Below the pieces are notes generated by a model, which worked only from the letters and a program-made list of their open reading frames with translations, was not told where the DNA came from and ran no database searches. Shown here in pieces: positions 29,788 through 34,788 of a DNA stretch of 34,788 bases. The DNA is from Candidatus Woesearchaeota archaeon (GTDB lineage: Archaea; Nanobdellota; Nanobdellia; Pacearchaeales; GW2011-AR1). Positions within the stretch are counted from its first letter, which is position 1. Each line of letters opens with the position of its first letter. A program made the position numbers and the translations under genes. The stretch lies in contig CAYIPM010000001.1 of the NCBI GenBank assembly GCA_964365195.1, positions 1 through 34,788 on the forward strand, given 5' to 3'.

Positions 29788-30641
29788 ATTGCGTGAATAG
29801 CAAGCGGCTTTTTTTTGTTTTTTGTAGCAGCGTATTTTTATTGTATGCTTTTTCTTTTGTCAGCGCTGCCGAAGAAAAAAATACAAGTGTTGAAGAGCAA
29901 GCAACACACTGCCTGAACACATCGCGAGCGATTTTTGAGGAGTTATCTATGGCACATTTCTCGACGCAACGTGTTAATGATACTTTGAAGGAAATGGAAC
30001 AACTGTACTTAGCGCAAACCATTTTGAAAAGCAGAAAATCAAAAACTGATTTTTCTATTATTTTACCGTACTGCAGGGAAATAGCACAATTGCAGGAAAA
30101 TGCTTTTAAGGCACGAGATGAATTTACAGCTCTTCAGCGATTTTATAATGAATCGTTTGAAGAGGGCGTTAGTACCGGCAGCGTTACTACAATGATTGAA
30201 CAGATTCGCTATGAAATTGTGAGTGAACGGTATGAGCGTGTCGGCGATTTAATTGATAGAGCGTATGAAGAAATTATCACGGTAAAATCCAGCAACACTG
30301 CACTCAATCTTTTTTACAAAACGACAACGCGGACTATCGGCGATTTTATTTTTGAGCACAAATATTTTTTGATTGCGCTTGTTGTTGCGGGCATTATTTT
30401 ATTTTACCTCTATAAGAAACCGTTTGCGCGCTGGTATATTCAGAAAAAAATCACAAATCTAGACATTCGCAAGAAAACAATCAAGAAATTAATTGCACAT
30501 ACACAACAGGAATATTTTACCGATGGCACGCTTTCTGAAAGCATTTATACCATCCGCGTGCGAAAATTTGGAGAACTTATCCGCGACATTGACCGGCAAT
30601 TGCCGCTTCTGCAGGAGGATTTAGAAAGACTTAAAAAATGA
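29784..30641 (+). CDS. Hypothetical membrane protein (N-terminal signal/anchor, coiled coil, internal TM)
   Basis: 285 aa with ATGA overlap to the giant ORF stop. Hydrophobic N-terminus FFVFCSSVFLLYAFSFVSA and TM helix YFLIALVVAGIILFYLY. Confidence 0.6.
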   Translation: MNCVNSKRLFFVFCSSVFLLYAFSFVSAAEEKNTSVEEQATHCLNTSRAIFEELSMAHFSTQRVNDTLKEMEQLYLAQTILKSRKSKTDFSIILPYCREIAQLQENAFKARDEFTALQRFYNESFEEGVSTGSVTTMIEQIRYEIVSERYERVGDLIDRAYEEIITVKSSNTALNLFYKTTTRTIGDFIFEHKYFLIALVVAGIILFYLYKKPFARWYIQKKITNLDIRKKTIKKLIAHTQQEYFTDGTLSESIYTIRVRKFGELIRDIDRQLPLLQEDLERLKK

Positions 30642-30665
30642 AACTAATACTATTGAGGGGAAACC

Positions 30666-31211
30666 ATGTTTGAATCATTGTTTAATTATTTTACAAAGAA
30701 AAAAACGAGCGAGCGAATTGATAATCCTGAATATCATACGATGACAAAAACAGAAAAAAAAGAATTTTTGTCAAATGATTTTATTGAGCGGATGATTCGG
30801 GTTGAACAGCGTGTTGCACAGACTTTTGGCACAAAACTTTCTTACAAACAAACTCGATATTACCAGGGTTTGACACCTGGAGAAAAACGTTTATTTAATG
30901 CATATACGTATCGAGCAAAGCCAGTCGCATTTTTATTGCCGATACTTTTTATTTCATTTGTTTTATTTTTTGCCTCATTTAGATTTCAGTTGACAGGTGC
31001 TGTTGTAGCCGAAGAGATCATGGGATTTATTTTTGGCATGAGCGGATTTTGGATTTTATTATTGTGCGTTGATCTTTTTTGTTTATGGTTTATATTAAAA
31101 CATCGCACAGAAAAAAAGTTTAATAAAAAATTTAATATTCTCGAGGAAATCATGCTGCGACGGTATCATCATAAGCCGCACACGGCAGAATCTTCGCGCG
31201 CCGGAGGGTAG
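30666..31211 (+). CDS. Hypothetical membrane protein (two TM helices)
   Basis: 181 aa with a GGGG-containing SD-like sequence (GAGGGGAAA) upstream. TM helices around VAFLLPILFISFVLFFA and GFWILLLCVDLFCLWFIL. Confidence 0.55.
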   Translation: MFESLFNYFTKKKTSERIDNPEYHTMTKTEKKEFLSNDFIERMIRVEQRVAQTFGTKLSYKQTRYYQGLTPGEKRLFNAYTYRAKPVAFLLPILFISFVLFFASFRFQLTGAVVAEEIMGFIFGMSGFWILLLCVDLFCLWFILKHRTEKKFNKKFNILEEIMLRRYHHKPHTAESSRAGG

Positions 31212-31241
31212 TTTTATAAATTATTAATTGTTTTATTGAAT

Positions 31242-31577
31242 ATGAAAAGGGGCATGAATACAAAAGGATTTGAATTGGCAATGAGCACACTTGTCGCTCT
31301 TATTTTAGGAGTTTTAGTATTAGGTGTTCTTATTTTTGGCTTTAGTTATGGATGGGATGCATTTTGGGGAGATATTAAAGGATTTCTTGGCGGGCGCGAT
31401 AATGTGCAGCAGGTTTTAGATTCATGTGAACGCGCTTGTTTACAAGAACAGCAGTATGATTATTGTACTTTATTGCGAACTGTCATCGTCAATGAAAAAC
31501 AAATCAAGCCATCTCCGACATGCCAGAATTTATCAATACTTTATGATTTTAGCTGCTCGAAGGTGTCATGCAGGTAG
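31242..31577 (+). CDS. Cys-rich pilin-like protein (paralog of 8692..9063)
   Basis: MKRGMNTKGFELAMSTLVALILGVLVLGVLIFGF is a class III signal-like N-terminus. The C-terminal Cys pattern is shared with the 8692 gene. The track start at 31236 is a TTG. Confidence 0.7.
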   Translation: MKRGMNTKGFELAMSTLVALILGVLVLGVLIFGFSYGWDAFWGDIKGFLGGRDNVQQVLDSCERACLQEQQYDYCTLLRTVIVNEKQIKPSPTCQNLSILYDFSCSKVSCR

Positions 31578-32419
31578 GCACGATGATTTCGAATGAATCC
31601 TTTTTTTTAATTGCGGCTGGTTTTATTTGGATAATTGGAGCAATTTTACAAGATTTACGACGACGCGAAGTTGACAATATTTGGAATTTTTCGCTTATTG
31701 GCATTGTCCTTGCGTATCGATTGGCAGTCAGTGTTTTGAATAGCGAGCCGTGGTTTTTTATCAACGGTTTATTAGGATTATTTATTTTTGTCATTGTAGG
31801 AAATGTTTTTTACTACAGTCGGATTTTTGCAGGTGGAGATGCAAAATTACTTATTGCGCTCGGAATAATCTTACCTTTAAGTTTTGATTGGATGGTGAAT
31901 GCGAAAATTTTTGGCGCATTCATTGTTCTTTTTTTATTTGGCGGCTCCTTGTATGTCTTTATCTGGTCTTTAGTGCTGGCGGGCTTTCATCGACGAGCAT
32001 TTATGCGGGAATTTGTAAAACAAGCAAAGATGTATCGCTATTTTTTTCTGTATAGCTTTGTTTTCTTTGCAATTTGCATCGGCTTTTCATTTTATTTTTT
32101 TGTAGCACTTATTTTTGGAATTGTTTTTTTGTTTTTTCCTGTTTTATTTGTTTTTGCAAAAGCGGTAGAAGAAAGCTGTCTTGTACGGGCAGTTTCTGTG
32201 GCAGCATTGACTGAAGGAGAATGGCTTTATGAAGATATTTTTGTGAACGGAAAAAAAATACGCGCAACCTGGGAAGGTGTCACAAAACGAGAATTATCTT
32301 TAATTAGGGAAAAATACCGACGGAAAATTTTAATCAAACAGGGAATACCATTTACTCCGGGATTTCTACTAGGATTTATAGGTCTTATTTATTTTGGCGC
32401 AAGATTTGGATGGATGTAG
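31568..32419 (+). CDS. A24-family prepilin/preflagellin peptidase (PibD/FlaK-like) with C-terminal extension
   Basis: Multi-TM protein. First Asp region ILQDLRRREVDN and the second catalytic motif FAGGDAKLLIALG (GxGDxKL-type). Confidence 0.75.
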   Translation: MQVGTMISNESFFLIAAGFIWIIGAILQDLRRREVDNIWNFSLIGIVLAYRLAVSVLNSEPWFFINGLLGLFIFVIVGNVFYYSRIFAGGDAKLLIALGIILPLSFDWMVNAKIFGAFIVLFLFGGSLYVFIWSLVLAGFHRRAFMREFVKQAKMYRYFFLYSFVFFAICIGFSFYFFVALIFGIVFLFFPVLFVFAKAVEESCLVRAVSVAALTEGEWLYEDIFVNGKKIRATWEGVTKRELSLIREKYRRKILIKQGIPFTPGFLLGFIGLIYFGARFGWM

Positions 32420-32435
32420 ATTTTTTGAATGATTT

Positions 32436-33065
32436 TCAATAAAACTTCGGCGCTCGCGGTTTTATTTCTTTTTCTTTTGAGGAAGCTCTTTTTTTTATTA
32501 TTTTTTCTTCTTTTTTTATTTCCAACAGCATTTGCATTTTTTGTAAGTTCTCTTCTTTTTCTTTTTCTTTTTTGAGCGGTTTATTTTTATAGAGTGGAAT
32601 AACATTAAGTGCTGCATATCCTTGCAACTGAAATGTTTCAATTTTGACCTCGAGTGGTTTTAATTTTATTTTAATCTTTTTTGCGATTTTTTGCGCAAGT
32701 GAGAATGCTTTTTTTGGAATTTTTTCAATGTCGTATTTTTCTTTTGGAATAACGAGCGTATGCGCAGGTGCAAGAGGATTTATTTCAAGAATTGCAATTG
32801 CCATTTCATTTTCCGCAATTTTATAGGAATTAAGTTTATTTTCCACAATTGCCTGAAAAATAAATGGTTCTTTTTCCGAAGGGGAATTATCTTGCATTGA
32901 GTCAGCCAATTGTATATTATTTGTTTTCAGAAATTCTTCGAGCTGTTTTTCGTCAAGAGACGCAATATACTGCTCGATTTGTTCATGATCAGCATTGGGC
33001 ATTTTTTTTATTTCCAGAAAAAGCTGTTTTTTTATTTCTTCAGCCTGAACTTTAGTGAATGCCAT
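32436..33065 (-). CDS. HIT-like domain protein lacking the histidine triad
   Basis: From the internal ATG (MAFTKVQAEE..). AILEINPLAPAHTLVIPKEKY resembles the HIT core, but the HxHxH position reads ALNVIPLY. K/E-rich tail. TATA-like ATATTTATAA about 30 nt upstream. Confidence 0.5.
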   Translation of the reverse strand: MAFTKVQAEEIKKQLFLEIKKMPNADHEQIEQYIASLDEKQLEEFLKTNNIQLADSMQDNSPSEKEPFIFQAIVENKLNSYKIAENEMAIAILEINPLAPAHTLVIPKEKYDIEKIPKKAFSLAQKIAKKIKIKLKPLEVKIETFQLQGYAALNVIPLYKNKPLKKEKEKEENLQKMQMLLEIKKEEKIIKKRASSKEKEIKPRAPKFY

Positions 33066-33321
33066 GAATAAAAAAAGAGGGGGGAAGTTATAAATATTTG
33101 TAGAGGAATGCTTTGTATCGGACTTCGTCCGAACAATTATAATTTGCAAATCACGGAAAATAAAATATTTTCCGTGCGCAAAAAATCAAAGATTTTTCTG
33201 GTTTCACGAAATAAATTCGATAAAAATTTGTTATTTTTACCAATATAACCCTAGCTCCGGACAGAACATAAAGGAAAATATATTAATAATTTTATTTTAC
33301 ATTATATATGCTATTATCAAA

Positions 33322-33555
33322 TATAGAGAGTTTTGAAAAACCTCAATTTCAAAACTCTCTATAGAAAAAGACTTACGTCTTTTTCTAATAAGCCAACGAC
33401 AAACGAAAAAAATTAATGTCGTTGGCTATAAGAAGGACTTTGACGCGATTTCCTTCGGAAATGTGAGTTATTCAAAGTCCTCTATAGTGAAAGAATCGCG
33501 TCTTTCCCTAATAAGCCAACGACAAAACGAGGAAATATAAATGTCGTTGACTATA
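33322..33555. repeat. Contiguous array of four hairpin units (D, B', C, B) joined at CTATAG
   Basis: Each unit matches copies at 4711.., 4859.., 5003../9146.. and 311../9443... The units directly abut one another. Confidence 0.8.
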
Positions 33556-33639
33556 AGCACATTAAAAAAATATTGAAAAAATATAAAGAAGATTTTGATG
33601 CCCTTGAAGCATATGATAAAGAAATTGTCTAAAATTTTG

Positions 33640-33826
33640 CTATCTGGGACAGCAAACTGACGGTATTTGCCGCAAAATTTTTGCTGCGCGCCGACAATTT
33701 CTTATTTTCAAATTGACAACGCAACTCGCAGTTTCATTTTCTTATTTTTATTTATTTGCTAAAATGAAACTGCTCTCTATCGTTATCTCGTTTTTTATTT
33801 TTTAATTTTACTAAAACGAAATAACT
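33640..33826. repeat. Cluster of AT-rich inverted repeats
   Basis: GCAGTTTCATTTT (33728..33740) pairs with AAAATGAAACTGC (33761..33773). GTTATCTCGTTTT pairs with AAAACGAAATAAC (33782..33825). The CAATTT..AAATTG hairpin resembles those at 140..190 and 8520..8555. Confidence 0.55.
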
Positions 33827-33930
33827 CACAAGCCGCGGGGTATTAAACCCAATTTGAAAATAAAACTTGTAAGTTAACCTTACATGGCGAGGATATTCTC
33901 AAAAAATATTCTCAAGAAAATATCTGAACA

Positions 33931-34203
33931 TCATCCAAACGCCCGACGAAAATCTATAATTTCCGCAGAATTAACATGTTTTATTTTTTTTAAACTATTT
34001 TCAAAAATGTCTGTGGGAAGTGATTCGTCGATGGCAAAGGTTGCAATGACTGCAGTAAGACCAAAGGCGATCGGCTCTTGTTCAAAACGGGCTTGCCGTC
34101 CCTTTTCTTTTTGGATTATCTTTTTTGCATCTTCTTCTATGTTTGCAAGATTTGTTTGCGGCGATTCCGGCATAATTTTAATTTTGAGCAAGGCGGTTCC
34201 CAT
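33931..34203 (-). CDS. Archaeal translation elongation factor 1-beta (aEF-1beta)
   Basis: 90 aa. LLKIKIMPESPQTNL...EQEPIAFGLTAVIATFAIDE...IKHVNSAEIIDFRR follows the aEF-1beta pattern (..kvmPes...d.....ePiAFGL...). Confidence 0.85.
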   Translation of the reverse strand: MGTALLKIKIMPESPQTNLANIEEDAKKIIQKEKGRQARFEQEPIAFGLTAVIATFAIDESLPTDIFENSLKKIKHVNSAEIIDFRRAFG

Positions 34204-34245
34204 TCTTTAGAGTAAAGAGGAATATTTATATAGTTACCGAATTTT

Positions 34246-34702
34246 ATGCTAGTTGAAAAGATGGTGTCTAAGAAAAATAAAAAAGGTCTTAGGAAAAATT
34301 CTGTTGTTAAAAAAACAAAAAGAAATTATCTTTTGAATATTGCTTTGATTGTGTTGTTTGTTTTAGCTGTTTTGTTTATTGTTAAAATTGTTTTTGTGAA
34401 TAGTGTTTTGAAAAGTGGAGACGAGGATGTTGAAGGCAGTGTTTCTTTTTTTTATAACCTCCCCTTTTTTTTTACAAAAAGTTTTGAATAATCTTGGATT
34501 TGGTCCAGATAGACCTCCTATTAACTGCAGAAATACAGAAGATGGATCTGATATTGATAATGCGTGCGATTCCGGCGAAGTTTGTGTGGGAGCAAGTGAA
34601 TCATGCCCTCAGGACAACCCTTTTCAAACTACCTGTCAAGAATGCGGTAGTGACGGTGACTGTCCTGCAGGAAAAACTTGTTCTGGATGCAGCTGTTCAT
34701 AA
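34246..34702 (+). pseudogene. Signal-anchored Cys-rich small protein split between two frames at poly-T tracts (34246..34491 and 34415..34702)
   Basis: Frame 1 encodes a K-rich N-terminus plus a TM helix. Frame 2 encodes a Cys-rich domain (C..C..C..C patterns). T8 (34446..34453) and T9 (34465..34473) lie in the 77-nt overlap. Confidence 0.35.
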
Positions 34703-34732
34703 TTTAGAAAAGCATATTATTTTTATCTTGAC

Positions 34733-34788
34733 ACAGTATCTCCGCACAGACTTTTGCCCCGCCACCTTCCGCCCACCACCCACCTGAA
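34733..34788 (+). repeat. 5' part of a family A element (window ends inside it)
   Basis: CAGTATCTCCGCACAGACTTTTGCCCCGCCACCTTCCGCCCACCACCCACCTGAA matches 8455..8496 and then 5116..5136. Confidence 0.7.

Noticed and set aside
33884-34210. Plus-strand ORF opposite the aEF-1beta gene
   Set aside because: The minus-strand product has a clear aEF-1beta signature. The plus-strand translation is featureless and spans the same interval.
1-34788. The window might be a circular element, because it starts and ends in the same repeat family
   Set aside because: The end (..CCACCCACCTGAA) and the start (ACAGTTCAAAAT..) do not join directly; about 45 nt of the element would be missing. The same element also occurs internally at 5116 and 8455, so interspersed repeats at the window edges are the simpler explanation.

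Overview
AT-rich archaeal window. The aEF-1beta gene, class-III signal peptides, an A24 prepilin peptidase and TATA boxes about 27 nt upstream of start codons support this; a DPANN-like host is only an inference. Left third: a type IV pilus/archaellum-like assembly locus with a polytopic FlaJ/TadC-like membrane protein, about ten small pilin-like genes and a KaiC/FlaH-like ATPase. Centre: three wHTH-nucleotidyltransferase/HEPN pairs. Then one uninterrupted 15.5 kb ORF (14320..29787, 5155 aa) encoding a sequon-dense, LamG-repeat, C-terminally anchored surface protein. Right: membrane proteins, a Cys-rich pilin paralog, the prepilin peptidase, a HIT-like protein lacking the His triad, and aEF-1beta. 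Main discovery: the giant ORF is interrupted three times, at the same conserved motif of three LamG repeats, by intein-like Hint elements (Cys1 ... Asn|Ser). Removing them restores the repeat consensus. Each element carries two unusual cargos. (i) An 82-nt sense-strand tRNA-like cloverleaf, translated in frame, whose stems covary between copies. (ii) In the slot normally held by a homing endonuclease, toxin-antitoxin operons encoded on the opposite strand (PIN, RelE/ParE, DUF433/DUF5615, DUF2283 pair). Each operon has its own TATA box about 27 nt upstream, while the host reading frame stays open across all of them. Intergenic regions are filled with modular hairpin repeats joined at palindromic CTATAG junctions and with a TIR-bounded, C-rich element. 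The window starts and ends inside copies of that element.
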